In this document: positions 51,918-61,949 of the stretch, in pieces
Position numbering within the stretch: position 1 is the stretch's first letter
How the letters are laid out: the number at the start of each line of letters is the position of its first letter
Virus record (IMG/VR): IMGVR_UViG_3300022723_000207
Span: 64,001 to 128,000 of that record
Reading direction: 5' to 3' (one strand)
Length of the DNA: 64,000 nucleotides
Source of the DNA: a virus
Notes under the pieces: model-generated
Database searches by the model: none
What the model was told of the DNA's origin: nothing
Seen by the model: only the letters and a program-made list of their open reading frames with translations
Made by a program: the position numbers and the translations under genes

Positions 51918-52091
51918 ATGAACATAGGCGATACTGTGATATTGGAGAGTGGCTCTCCGAAAATGACCATTGTTGGTATTATAAAAGGTGAAGCTGAATG
52001 TTCGTGGTATAGTGCAATCGGCAACATTAAATATGATAAATATTCAATAAGCAAGCTGCGGTCGCTTTCTGCGATCCCAGATAGATTTTAG
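51918..52091 (+). CDS. YodC/DUF2158-like small protein (not in the ORF track)
   Basis: MNIGDTVILESGSPKMTI...C.WY; RBS AAGGAG. Confidence 0.65.
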   Translation: MNIGDTVILESGSPKMTIVGIIKGEAECSWYSAIGNIKYDKYSISKLRSLSAIPDRF

Positions 52092-52166
52092 GGCCTTGGG
52101 ACTGCTTGGAGTGGTCATCTCCCTTGCAAGGAGAAAAACAGTTGGGTTCGAATCCCAAAAGGTCCA
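52091..52166 (+). tRNA. tRNA-Ala(TGC)
   Basis: Cloverleaf, G3:U70 pair. Confidence 0.8.
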
Positions 52167-52209
52167 CTTTTAGTATTCGTCGGATCGTACCCGATAGACT
52201 CCACCATAT

Positions 52210-52286
52210 GCCCGGTTAGTTCAGCTGGATAGAACATCTGATTACGGATCAGAAGGTCGTAGGTTCGAGTCCTACACTGGGTGCCA
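52210..52286 (+). tRNA. tRNA-Arg(ACG)
   Basis: Cloverleaf, CCA. Confidence 0.93.
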
Positions 52287-52414
52287 AACATAATACACTG
52301 GTTCCTTGACAACTCCGGGGGCAGCCTGTTACAGGTCCCGGTTTTCCACCGCCAGTGTTGTGCCGCTAAGCGAGAAGGAATATGCGGCGTCGTCGGATGG
52401 GGTAAATATAATAT

Positions 52415-53002
52415 ATGAACTTAGGTATGATAAACATCACTGACGAAATGGTCGATCACTATGAAAATAGGACTCAAGATCATATCACCTGTGTGAGAAA
52501 TTGCATTAATCATCTCATGGATAAAAATCCGAATTTAGAAAGTCTTAGGTCTCGTGTGTCACTCCACGATCTCAGCAAGTGGAAAGAACCAGAATATACG
52601 CCTTATATCTGGCTGACGTGGCGCTATAAGTGTAAAGATGATGGCATTGAATTAGAATTGCCAGACGGTATGGATGAGAAGATCCAGCGGGCAACTTGGC
52701 ACCACATAACTACTAATCCTCATCATCCAGAGTATTGGGACCAAGACGCAGAGTTTGAAGACAGCCTGAATAAGAGAGACCGCGATAAGCCCCCAGAGAA
52801 ACCCATAGACGCCACCAAAATGGACGATATTTCATTGGCTGAAATGGTTTGTGACTGGAATGCTATGGGACTTGAAAGAGGCAATACCAGTAAAGAGTGG
52901 GCTGATAAAAATGTCAATGTTAGGTGGTTGTTCACAGATGATCAAGTAGAGAAGATTTATAAATGGATTGGCGATTTAGTAGATAAGACTGAATTTCCTT
53001 AA
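52415..53002 (+). CDS. DUF5662-like HD-related protein
   Basis: HDLSK, HH...NPHHPEYW, EMVCDW.AM. Confidence 0.65.
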   Translation: MNLGMINITDEMVDHYENRTQDHITCVRNCINHLMDKNPNLESLRSRVSLHDLSKWKEPEYTPYIWLTWRYKCKDDGIELELPDGMDEKIQRATWHHITTNPHHPEYWDQDAEFEDSLNKRDRDKPPEKPIDATKMDDISLAEMVCDWNAMGLERGNTSKEWADKNVNVRWLFTDDQVEKIYKWIGDLVDKTEFP

Positions 53003-53273
53003 TAGGGGAAACAATGCAAGTATATGAAGCAACTCACGATTTTGGTAGATTCTTGCGTTGGTTTGGTAATGCTAGAGATTGGGTTAAGATAGATATTGAA
53101 GAACTACACGATTCTACTTTATTGGGTAAAGATACGTTTCCATTCTCCGAGGAAGATTTAAAGATATGGCAACAAGCTGGATTAATAAAAATGAGCGAAG
53201 TAGTTCTTGACCCTAATGATTTTAAACCATACCAAAGCATACTTGTTCGTTGTAAGACTTTGAAAACGCCTAT

Positions 53274-54104
53274 TTAGGGCAACATTCTCAGTAACAACGC
53301 GGCAGCGCGATCTGGCCTTAGATAATTGTCCCAGATCCAACGCGATTGGCGAGCGTAATGATGCGGGTTGATATCTCTCAATTTAGTGAGGTCTTCTGGA
53401 TCTTCTAGAAGGATGTAGTGTTCATTAGGGTTAAAAGGATACTCGAAAATTGGCATATAATTTAGTGCCATGGGCATTCCGCATGATGGATATTCATATT
53501 CGCGGGTGTTTTTGAGTCTCTTGTGTGATAAGATAATGCCCCAAGTTGATTCGAGCATGGTTTGCAGATATTTTTCTGGAGCGATGGGATGGCCTGTTGC
53601 AAAGAAATCACCTAATCCCTGCGCATGTTTAATCCATTCGACCCGGCGCATAAGTAAAGCACTGGCTTTACCTGATGTAATAAACCCGGTGTATTTTTTG
53701 GGACCGTGCCATTGGAATTTGTTAACAAAATCAAACCCGCAAGGGAAAGTAATCCACGGTCTTACAGGACACTTGATCATATCCTCAAATTCAGGATCGT
53801 GATAGAATGACACCCAAAAATCCGGTTTGATATTATTAAACATACCGTTCAAGAATAGCTTATGGTTATGCACTGGCCGCATGAAAGCTTCAAGGATAAC
53901 AAGCCTGCCGCCGATTTTGATAAAGCAAAGACCGCCATATTTGGCGCGATATTTATTGCCAAATAATCTTTTTACTTCTTCTATGAGCATAGTGTTTTCT
54001 GGCTGTTCTTGTCTAGTGACATTAAAAATGCCAGATTTAATTAAAACATCTTCATAACACCGAATAAAATGATGCGGCTTACGACTTTCAAGAATTAGGT
54101 CCAT
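53274..54104 (-). CDS. Glycosyltransferase-like protein, paralog of 42158..43000
   Basis: KNTREYEYPSCGMPMALNY.P.FEYPF.PN.H. Confidence 0.55.
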   Translation of the reverse strand: MDLILESRKPHHFIRCYEDVLIKSGIFNVTRQEQPENTMLIEEVKRLFGNKYRAKYGGLCFIKIGGRLVILEAFMRPVHNHKLFLNGMFNNIKPDFWVSFYHDPEFEDMIKCPVRPWITFPCGFDFVNKFQWHGPKKYTGFITSGKASALLMRRVEWIKHAQGLGDFFATGHPIAPEKYLQTMLESTWGIILSHKRLKNTREYEYPSCGMPMALNYMPIFEYPFNPNEHYILLEDPEDLTKLRDINPHHYARQSRWIWDNYLRPDRAAALLLRMLP

Positions 54105-54682
54105 TACTTACCTAAATACTCTTTAATACCTTCAATATAATCAGGTATATAATGGTCTTCTGTAGACCAGAATTTCCACCATGGGGCTTCTTTAGAGCCT
54201 AGCCTTGTGGTATTGCCGCCATGTTTGTATCCAAACCACCAGGGCGGCACATGAGTTACCCAGTCACCTCTTCCTTTGATTCTAGTGTGTTTGTCTTTGA
54301 TGTGACTGGCGAATCGTTTATTGCCAACACGCGGAGAACCGAGTGTTATGACTGGTTTCTGGAATCGCAATGCGCAAATTTGAGCAATCGCGCCACCTAA
54401 AGAATGACCTAAGAATAAATCGCAGTGCCCGACTATTGGGAATAGTCTTTCTGATTGCTCCCAAAATCCTTGGTGTACTTTGTACTCTTCACCGCCAATA
54501 TTAACTCTTTTTCGGCAAGCTCTAAGGTTATCATAAACATCTTTTGTTCCTGCCTTAGTCCCAGGAATTACGCATATTTCTTGTCCATTAATATTAAATA
54601 AGCTGTATTCAACATGATCTACAGCGCTTTCAGGTTTTAGGTCTGCTTGGAGGAGCAGGCCAGCAGCGTCTAGTAATCTCAT
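54104..54682 (-). CDS. Class 3 lipase-like alpha/beta hydrolase
   Basis: VHQGF, GHSLGG, GSPRVG, D.V..VP, H. Confidence 0.85.
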   Translation of the reverse strand: MRLLDAAGLLLQADLKPESAVDHVEYSLFNINGQEICVIPGTKAGTKDVYDNLRACRKRVNIGGEEYKVHQGFWEQSERLFPIVGHCDLFLGHSLGGAIAQICALRFQKPVITLGSPRVGNKRFASHIKDKHTRIKGRGDWVTHVPPWWFGYKHGGNTTRLGSKEAPWWKFWSTEDHYIPDYIEGIKEYLGK

Positions 54683-54700
54683 TGGTTAACTTTGATATAT

Positions 54701-54774
54701 GATGCTGTGGCGGAATTGGCTAACGCTCTTGATTGCAAATCAAGTATTTGTGGGTTCGAGTCCCACCGGCATCT
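54701..54774 (+). tRNA. tRNA-Cys(GCA)
   Basis: Cloverleaf, U discriminator. Confidence 0.88.
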
Positions 54775-54779
54775 TTACT

Positions 54780-55185
54780 ATGAGGTATTGGCTAAACAAA
54801 TACGATCTTAAAACTAATCCTAGCAATGATCCAAGAAAGAAGCTAGCTAAATTATGTGAAATGTGTTGCAAAAGATACACTAAAAGTCAGAAGATACAGG
54901 GTTAAGATGGCTGCTATAAGCTTGCTTGGCGGCAAGTGCATCAGATGTGAATGGAGTGGCCACATTGCATGTTATGAATTCCATCATCCAGACGCTAATA
55001 AAGAATGTGAGATAAGTCGGATTTATAATAAATCTTGGGATTTTGTTAAAATGAAGTTGTGAAATGTGAATTATTGTGCATTAAATGTCACAAGATCGAA
55101 CACAGTAATTTCAGCGATGAATGGATGGAAATCGTCCTAGAATATGGCAAAGGTCCATATTCAAACCAAGAGGTTGAAGTTCTTT
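54780..55185 (+). pseudogene. Frameshifted HNH endonuclease, paralog of 57528..58088
   Basis: GGKC..C...EFHH.D..K in one frame; KCELLCIKCH..EH in another frame after an A-run near 55050. Confidence 0.7.
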
Positions 55186-55188
55186 TAA

Positions 55189-55265
55189 GGCCATATAGCT
55201 CAGCCCGGTAGAGCAGCAGTTTGAAGAACTGCCAGTCGTAGGTTCAAATCCTACTGTGGCCGCCA
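55189..55265 (+). tRNA. tRNA-Phe(GAA)
   Basis: Cloverleaf, CCA. Confidence 0.93.
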
Positions 55266-55648
55266 TCGTCAGCCCGCGTATCTGCCCAAGGCAATGTAGC
55301 TAAAGGGGTTACGTCCTTTTGCGTGGAAAACATGAGTGTGTTGCTCATGGCTGACATTTAGGGAAGGGATACGATCGGTATCCATTGCGGTAAGCGTAGG
55401 TCGGGGCTTGCTGTACATGTATTTAAAACACGGAGGACAAAGCATGCCAATGTACAAGATTACTGTGGATAAATGTGGAATGCCCAGTGTTGATTTTACT
55501 GAAGTGTTTTATAAAGAAGCCAAGGATTTTGAATCAGCTATTAATGGCGTTGATGAAATTAAGTCAGTTGAAGAAATTGGTCAATCTTGGAATGAGTTTG
55601 TGAGAAACCAGATTCCAAAGCATTTGGTTCATACTAAAAAGTAGATTA

Positions 55649-56047
55649 GTGGAATTGTCGTTGCTGTTTGCGTTGTCTGCAGAATTTGCTGAGATTGGAG
55701 TTTCAGTAGAGCGGGAAGTTGGCTTAAATAACATGATTGGGTTTTCCGCTGCTGCATTGATCAATACGGAGTTGGGAGCACAAGCACGCATATTTATGGG
55801 AGGAAATAGTAGTTGGTTTTATTGGCGTATGGCTGGCGGATTGGCTTATTTTGAAAATGAATTTCCAAATGGTGGCACAAAGCAGAATTACGTTCTTTCG
55901 TTAAAACTTGGTGGCAGAGTTTCAGAAAAGTATAGTGTTTACTTGGAAGGTAGGCATTATAGCAATGGTCATATGTTTAATGGAAGAGACGAAGATACCA
56001 ATCCTGGATGGAATGGGCTTTTTCTAGGTTTAGCCCGCCATTTTTGA
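55649..56047 (+). CDS. PagL / acyloxyacyl-hydrolase-like small outer-membrane beta-barrel
   Basis: Alternating beta strands, RHYSNG...NPG.N, terminal Phe. Confidence 0.6.
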   Translation: MELSLLFALSAEFAEIGVSVEREVGLNNMIGFSAAALINTELGAQARIFMGGNSSWFYWRMAGGLAYFENEFPNGGTKQNYVLSLKLGGRVSEKYSVYLEGRHYSNGHMFNGRDEDTNPGWNGLFLGLARHF

Positions 56048-56396
56048 GTATTTAAATTATACGATAACAAGTTAAATCACAGGAGGCATAATGGCCGCTA
56101 ATGGACATGTTCACTCAGTATATCTTAAAGAGGGTGGATATCATCATCTGTTTAATCTGATGTTCATGACATCTTCAGAGATTGAGATTATTCAATTAGC
56201 TCTTAGTGGCAGACCTATTCCTAAGGACATGTCTTCTTCTGCCGAATCTGTAAGGGAGGCAGTAGACAACATCATTAATGTGGCAGTAGCTAAAGATCAT
56301 CAGCCTGCCCAAGAGCGCATCGAGCCTAGTGATCAAATTAAAGATGCTAAGATTGTTGAAGAAAAGAAAGACGACGAGACAGATAAAGAACAGTGA

Positions 56397-56472
56397 GCTA
56401 GTTTAGCTCAGTTGGTAGAGCAGGTGTTTTGTAAACATCAGGTCGGGGGTTCAAGTCCCTCAACTAGCACCA
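56397..56472 (+). tRNA. tRNA-Thr(TGT)
   Basis: Cloverleaf, CCA. Confidence 0.93.
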
Positions 56473-56546
56473 GATAGACTCCAGTGGCTAACAACTGGTC
56501 GTTGGAAATGCCAACGTAAAAGACTCGTGGCAGGGCGGGTAGCTAT

Positions 56547-56621
56547 GCCTGGGTAGCTCAGTGGGAGAGCGCATCCTTGGTAAGGATGAGGCCGAGAGTT
56601 CAATCCTCTCTCCAGGCACCA
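56547..56621 (+). tRNA. tRNA-Thr(GGT)
   Basis: Cloverleaf, CCA. Confidence 0.92.
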
Positions 56622-57192
56622 TTTAATAAAATATAGGATATGAAATTGGACATTATTAATACGCTGACAGAAGATCAACAGATGGCTCGCATTATGTCCA
56701 TCATGGAAGATCTCTTTGATGGCCGAGAATTGGAAGACCTGTCAGGCGATGATGAAAATCTTTTGGGTGGTATCAGGAAGCTAGAAGAATTAGCTGCTAA
56801 TTCTGGCGATGAAATGTCTTTTGAGGATATTGAATTAGCGTCGGCTGCTTTTCAGAAGTTAGCGGTATTGCTAAAAAGCAGCAGGGATGCATTGCAAGAA
56901 CAATTGCAGATCAATAGGTTGACAGGTAAAAAGAAGCCTAGTTATTAATTGCTCTGCGAAATCTGTTACAAACAAGTATGATCACAGAAGTCAATGAAAT
57001 TGATATGATGTACATCAGCTACGCGCTGAAGCATCAGGATGATCCAGTAGATGAGGAGACTGCCAACGCGGTCAATGAATCCATCGATAAGTTCTGTAAA
57101 ATGATGGACGAGACAGTAGAGTGGCTGGATAGTGATCCTGGTGTAAAGCTCATTAGTGAGCACGCACGAAAACGTAGTTAGCAACCGGTCAA

Positions 57193-57483
57193 GCGCTCTT
57201 AGCTCAATGGTAGAGCATCTGACTTTCAAAGGAAGCCCTGCATGGAAACATGTAGGTGAAAATCGGGTGAATTCAGGGAACCCTCAGCGCGTAATGGCGG
57301 TGGCAATCCTGAGCCAAGCCTCATAGAGGAAGGTGCAGAGACTAGGTGATTACACCACTAGCGCCCGACACCCTAACGTAAAGACGAGGGTGATGAGATA
57401 GTCCAGACCACAAACCGTAAGGGTAGTGAAAACTATAGTGGTAAGTAATCAGAGGGTTGAAGGTTCGAGTCCTTCAGGGCGCA
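57193..57483 (+). tRNA. tRNA-Lys(TTT) split by a group I intron
   Basis: Exons 57193-57226 and 57446-57483 join to give TCTGA-CTTTTAA-TCAGA in a full cloverleaf. Confidence 0.9.
57227..57445 (+). mobile_element. Group I intron (IC3-like, 219 nt)
   Basis: P AATTCAGGGAA, Q AATCCTGAGC, R GTGCAGAGACT, S GATAGTCC; P1 CTTT^C-AAA-GGAAG with a U.G pair; terminal G. Confidence 0.9.
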
Positions 57484-57527
57484 CTTTAAACTCTTTCCCC
57501 ATGAATTAATCTAAGCAAAATTAATTC

Positions 57528-58088
57528 ATGGGGAAAGATAATTATATGGCCAAGTATGTAGCAGCGCGGTATTTGCGTCTGAAAATTCAAGCAATTGAGT
57601 ATAAAGGCGGTAAGTGCAAATGTGGATATAATAAGTGCCATAATGCACTTCAATTTCATCATAGAGATCCGACAAATAAAGATAGTGACTGGCGTTATTT
57701 AAGGAAACGGTCTTGGGACTTTATAAAAACCGAGCTGGATAAATGTGATCTTCTCTGCGCTAATTGTCATGCCGAGGTTCATCATGACGACGATAAATTG
57801 AAGGAAACCCTTGAATGGCTAAATGACAGGAAAAGAAAACCAGCTAATTATAAGAACGGTAACTGTGAGAATTGCGGAAAACAATTTAATAGAAACCGCA
57901 ATAATAGAAAATCAAAATACTGTGGTGTAAAATGTTCTGGTAAAGCCCAAGAAAAAGCGGATTATCCAAATGATCTTGAATTTATAAAGATGGTTGATGA
58001 TTTAGGACAGTCAGCAGTTGGTAGAAATCTTGGTGTTTCTGCCAACTCGATTAAAAAGAGATATCGAAAGATTAAATGCCAGCCTTAA
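57528..58088 (+). CDS. HNH endonuclease with Zn finger and C-terminal HTH
   Basis: GGKC.CGY, LQFHHRDP, KCDLLCANCHAE.H. Confidence 0.8.
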   Translation: MGKDNYMAKYVAARYLRLKIQAIEYKGGKCKCGYNKCHNALQFHHRDPTNKDSDWRYLRKRSWDFIKTELDKCDLLCANCHAEVHHDDDKLKETLEWLNDRKRKPANYKNGNCENCGKQFNRNRNNRKSKYCGVKCSGKAQEKADYPNDLEFIKMVDDLGQSAVGRNLGVSANSIKKRYRKIKCQP

Positions 58089-58160
58089 TCCTCCGTAGCT
58101 CAACTGGCAGAGCAGCCCATTCTTAATGAGCGGGTTGTAGGTTCGAATCCCTAGCGGCTT
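58089..58160 (+). pseudogene. Degenerate tRNA-Lys(CTT)
   Basis: D arm and TTCGAAT loop intact; acceptor and T stems mispaired. Confidence 0.6.
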
Positions 58161-58167
58161 ATAACAT

Positions 58168-58307
58168 GGAAGAGTGGCAGAAAGGCATTGCGACAGGTTG
58201 ACCGCCTATCAAGATATGACCCAATAGGGATCGATCACCCAATTTGGTGGATGTACTGCTGGTAATTGATCATTACTGGCGTGGAGGTTCGAATCCTTCC
58301 TTTTCCT
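58168..58307 (+). ncRNA. Class II-type tRNA scaffold with a long insertion in the anticodon region
   Basis: GGAAGAG/CTTTTCC acceptor, D arm, variable hairpin, GGAGG-TTCGAAT-CCTTC. Confidence 0.55.
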
Positions 58308-58339
58308 TTATTATTTATAAGTTATTGCTATAAATTGCT

Positions 58340-59506
58340 ATGGCTATTGAGAATCATAAAATAGACGATAGTGCTTTTGGGATTTATGCCCCAATAGTTA
58401 ACGAGAATGTTCGTACTAGTGATGTCAATAGTTATAAAACCATAAGATCATATTATAAACGGCATGGCATAAAGACCACTGATTTAGATAGAGTTTACGA
58501 AACTAATTGCAAAGCCTTTAAAAGACGTGAATTCATAATGCCTCCAGGAATTTATGAATGGTCTGGTATTAGAGACACCATGGAAGCTAAGATTTGTTTA
58601 GCTATGACGTTTTGTAAGAATTATATTGCCGTCATTGGTGAAGAAATTAATAAAATGGGATTCCCTAAAGGGTCTGATGCTTGGATAGAAAATCTAGAGG
58701 CCAACAGCGAGAGTAATGAAGCAATGCAGATGGCCATCAAAGATGGCTCTATGGCTTCTAAATGTGTTGATTTTGCTTGGGATCGTTGGCCAGTAATGGT
58801 TGCTAACAAACAATTTGTCGAAATCATAATGCATACAGATATCCCTAGTGATTTCAGTTTTGGTGATCTTAAAGCCCCTTACCCAGGGATGCTTATCGTA
58901 TTTCCCAAGGATCTGCTAAAAATAGCTGGACCAAATGGTGAACTATGGTTCAAGACTAACGCAACTGATGTTAAACCAGGAGACAATAATTCTGATGAGA
59001 TAGATGAAATTAAAGTTCATATAAGTTCAGTATTAATATACTTTGATTTTGATAATGACGATGGCGGTATGATTATTGGAGTCATAATTATGTCAGATAC
59101 CGGATTTATGGCCCCGCTTGAAATTAAATCTGATAAGAATGATAGCTTGCTGGACGTAATTGATAGGTATGGTGGCATCAATGACCCAGTTGGAGAACAA
59201 CTTCATTTCTGGTTTGCTTTGTTGTTGTTTTTTATGGCGGAGCCAGATGAGGTGAGACCTTACGAGTCTAAGCGCATTACTAAAGATAGGATTCGTATTG
59301 AGGGTAAGAATGAAAAAATTGAAATTTGGAATCCAAAAATTCTTGGTTCTAAAATGGATATTGATTATAATCGAGAATGCAAAATTGATGTTGATACAAT
59401 TAGAAGGAAACGGCCACATTGGAGAAGAGGCCATTTTAGAAGAGCACGTGACAGCACCAAGCTAATTTGGATTAAACCAATATTTGTAAACAGACATCTA
59501 CTGTAA
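58340..59506 (+). CDS. Phage hypothetical protein with C-terminal RPHWRRGH motif
   Basis: RPHWRRGHFR...WIKP. Confidence 0.5.
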   Translation: MAIENHKIDDSAFGIYAPIVNENVRTSDVNSYKTIRSYYKRHGIKTTDLDRVYETNCKAFKRREFIMPPGIYEWSGIRDTMEAKICLAMTFCKNYIAVIGEEINKMGFPKGSDAWIENLEANSESNEAMQMAIKDGSMASKCVDFAWDRWPVMVANKQFVEIIMHTDIPSDFSFGDLKAPYPGMLIVFPKDLLKIAGPNGELWFKTNATDVKPGDNNSDEIDEIKVHISSVLIYFDFDNDDGGMIIGVIIMSDTGFMAPLEIKSDKNDSLLDVIDRYGGINDPVGEQLHFWFALLLFFMAEPDEVRPYESKRITKDRIRIEGKNEKIEIWNPKILGSKMDIDYNRECKIDVDTIRRKRPHWRRGHFRRARDSTKLIWIKPIFVNRHLL

Positions 59507-59510
59507 TAGT

Positions 59511-59786
59511 CTAAAATTCTTTGACTGTTATGTCTTTATCACGTACAATTACATAATTTTCGTCATTATAATGAATTTCGGCACCTAGAGGGGCCAACAT
59601 AACGCGATCTCCAACTTCAACATCTACAGGGGCACGTTTGCCGTTCTTTAATCTTTTGCCGGGGCCAATTGCCATTACAGTGGCCCAACGTGACATTTGT
59701 TTAGCAGTCATGATGATGCCGCCATCAGAGATGTCTTTTGGCTCATCACGTTTAACAATAATTTGGTCATTTAATGGTGTCAGCAT
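59511..59786 (-). CDS. groES: Co-chaperonin GroES
   Basis: PLND.IIV, GGII, V.AIGPG, V.VGD.V. Confidence 0.88.
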   Translation of the reverse strand: MLTPLNDQIIVKRDEPKDISDGGIIMTAKQMSRWATVMAIGPGKRLKNGKRAPVDVEVGDRVMLAPLGAEIHYNDENYVIVRDKDITVKEF

Positions 59787-59793
59787 GAATTAG

Positions 59794-60378
59794 TTACTCG
59801 CATGTGATAAGTTCTTCAACAATTTTGCGGATTTCAATAGTTGCCTTGATATCACTCAAGGCATCATGAGCTTTAATCTCGATGTCCAGGGCATTAGCCA
59901 CTGTTTCCAGCTTATAGTCAGATAGATAAATTTGGCCCATGTAATCAAGCATTCTTAGGATATAGAGTGGATCTATTTGGGCGTTTAGTTTTAGCCAGGA
60001 CCCAATATAATCGTCTTCGCATTTCTTGAAGAACTGGATAATAAAATTAGTATCAAAGGCAATATTATATCCACAGGGGTAGAATTTGTCTGTCGGATCA
60101 AATCGATCGACATATTTGTCAAATATCTTTACTAGCTGATCATGAACTACAAGGGGGTCTTCCCAAGTATAAATTTCTTTTTTGGGATGTCCATGGATTA
60201 GTAGTGCTTCTCCATCAATACGGTCATCGGGAAATGGTCGCATTTTGAAGTCGAATTCTTCGACTTGTTTATCATCGATTTCAATAACACCAGCCAGTTG
60301 AATGATGCCATGAGTATTAGCAAATAAGCCAGTTGTTTCAACATCGAAATTGAATACTTTACGACATCCCTTAGACAT
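59794..60378 (-). CDS. DEDDh 3'-5' exonuclease (DnaQ-like)
   Basis: FDVETTG, YN..FD, AHDALSD. Confidence 0.88.
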   Translation of the reverse strand: MSKGCRKVFNFDVETTGLFANTHGIIQLAGVIEIDDKQVEEFDFKMRPFPDDRIDGEALLIHGHPKKEIYTWEDPLVVHDQLVKIFDKYVDRFDPTDKFYPCGYNIAFDTNFIIQFFKKCEDDYIGSWLKLNAQIDPLYILRMLDYMGQIYLSDYKLETVANALDIEIKAHDALSDIKATIEIRKIVEELITCE

Positions 60379-60415
60379 AAATATAAAATACGCCCGGTTA
60401 GAACATCCCGATTCA

Positions 60416-60489
60416 GCCTGATTAACTCAGTTGGCTAGAGTACCACACCGACATTGTGGAAGTCGAAGGTTCGAGTCCTTCATCAGGCA
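60416..60489 (+). tRNA. tRNA-Val(GAC), with C33
   Basis: Cloverleaf, loop CCGACAT. Confidence 0.85.
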
Positions 60490-61439
60490 CTAATAGTTCG
60501 AACTTCTGGTTCAAAGGAGAGATATTAGTTAGCGTGTTAGGTGAATGCTTTTAGATTATCAAAAGCTCTGTTAAATCCAAAAAATCTGGCTTTATAGTCG
60601 CTTTGGTCGTCTGATTGCAAATTTTCCCATTCTGAACGTAATTTCATTAGTTCTTTTGCTTTATTGGCGAAGTCTAATGTTGGAATGGTTTGTTCTAATT
60701 TGCTTTTGGCTTGTTTGATTCCATTTAAATTAGTAGAATCGATTTCAATATGCAATAGCTCTGTGATTTTGTCATTTTCCACATATTCAATGCTAATGTC
60801 TACACCATACTTAGGTCTTAGCGATAGCAATTTTAGAAATCTTTTATCTTCTTCTGACTTACGTCGAATAATGTCAGCGGCATCGTCGTCATAAGCATAT
60901 CTAGTTAAAATAAAGCTGTGATCTAAGATTATAGGTAGTTCGTCCTCATCAGTGATCCATTCAGAACACACGGAGTGATGATTAAGGCAGTCACCAACAG
61001 GAATGTTGAAATATCTATGGATAGCCCTTTCTACTTCTGTTAGTTCGTAGCCATCACGATCAAAATAACGTATTGATAGGTCCAACAAGGAGACAGGGAA
61101 AGTGCCTCTTATAAATGGCAATCTTGGGAATTTGACGTCTATTACGCGCATGTTTTAAATTTGTCAAATCTAGCAATAGACCATGTTAGACTTCTGTAAG
61201 ATTGTCGAAGAGGGTGGTAGAAAACGGCTAGCTATTAATCCTAAAAAACTATCTATTCACTTTATAAGAGTCTGGCGTAAGAATAACAAAAATGATGCTG
61301 CGATTTTGTTTTGTGAGACAATGGAGTCAATGTTTTCGGTAATGAGTCGAATTAAACAAGAAAATGATGTCTTAGACCATAATGAGGAATTGAGAAGAGC
61401 GACAGAGATGACCGTATTCGTTGATCCTAAGGATTTTAA

Positions 61440-61511
61440 TGCCCAATAGCTCAATGGAAGAGCGATTGCCTCCGGAGCAGTAGTCCGCAAGTAATCTTGC
61501 TTGGGCAGCCA
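61440..61511 (+). tRNA. Atypical tRNA-Arg(CCG) with a 4-nt T loop
   Basis: All stems pair; T arm GCAAG-TAAT-CTTGC; CCA. Confidence 0.65.
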
Positions 61512-61562
61512 TTTATTGATTAAAATTGTTTACTATAATGAAGCATGCTATAAGATAACTTA

Positions 61563-61636
61563 GGGAGTATAGGCTAGTGGTAAACCGTTTCCCTCATAAG
61601 GAAATCTCGTAGGTTCGATTCCTGCTACTCCTACCA
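61563..61636 (+). tRNA. tRNA(CAT), elongator Met or Ile2
   Basis: Cloverleaf, CCA. Confidence 0.85.
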
Positions 61637-61949
61637 ATAGCACCTTGCGTTCAGTTATGAGCTATATTTGTACAATAAAGCCCGTGCCTTTCGACACGGG
61701 TCTTCCGGTTGCTACGTCCTATTATCGCAAGGAGCCAGATAGTCGCTAAGATGAATGGGCCATGGTATCTCCGTGACCCAGACATACCTTATTTTTAAGG
61801 AGAATGCATGTGCAGACTAGTTGTCTTACCTATGAAGATGTCTTATAAAGTGACTGAGTATGGCGATCTTCGTGGGTGGTTTAACAAGGAAATTAAAATG
61901 AAACGACATGCCAATCGAATATGCAACCAGTCAACCTCGACCCCAATAG

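Noticed and set aside
52170-52206. tmRNA 3' end pairing with the 63501 fragment
   Set aside because: The acceptor strand AGACTCC does not fit GGGGGCG well; it looks more like a tRNA-Ala 3' remnant
44202-52312. Short ORFs overlapping tRNAs (44202, 44365, 47276, 47467, 51590, 51815, 52115)
   Set aside because: Translations of RNA genes or their antisense strands
52312-52402. SRP RNA
   Set aside because: GC-rich and hairpin-forming, but lacks a convincing domain IV motif; left unassigned
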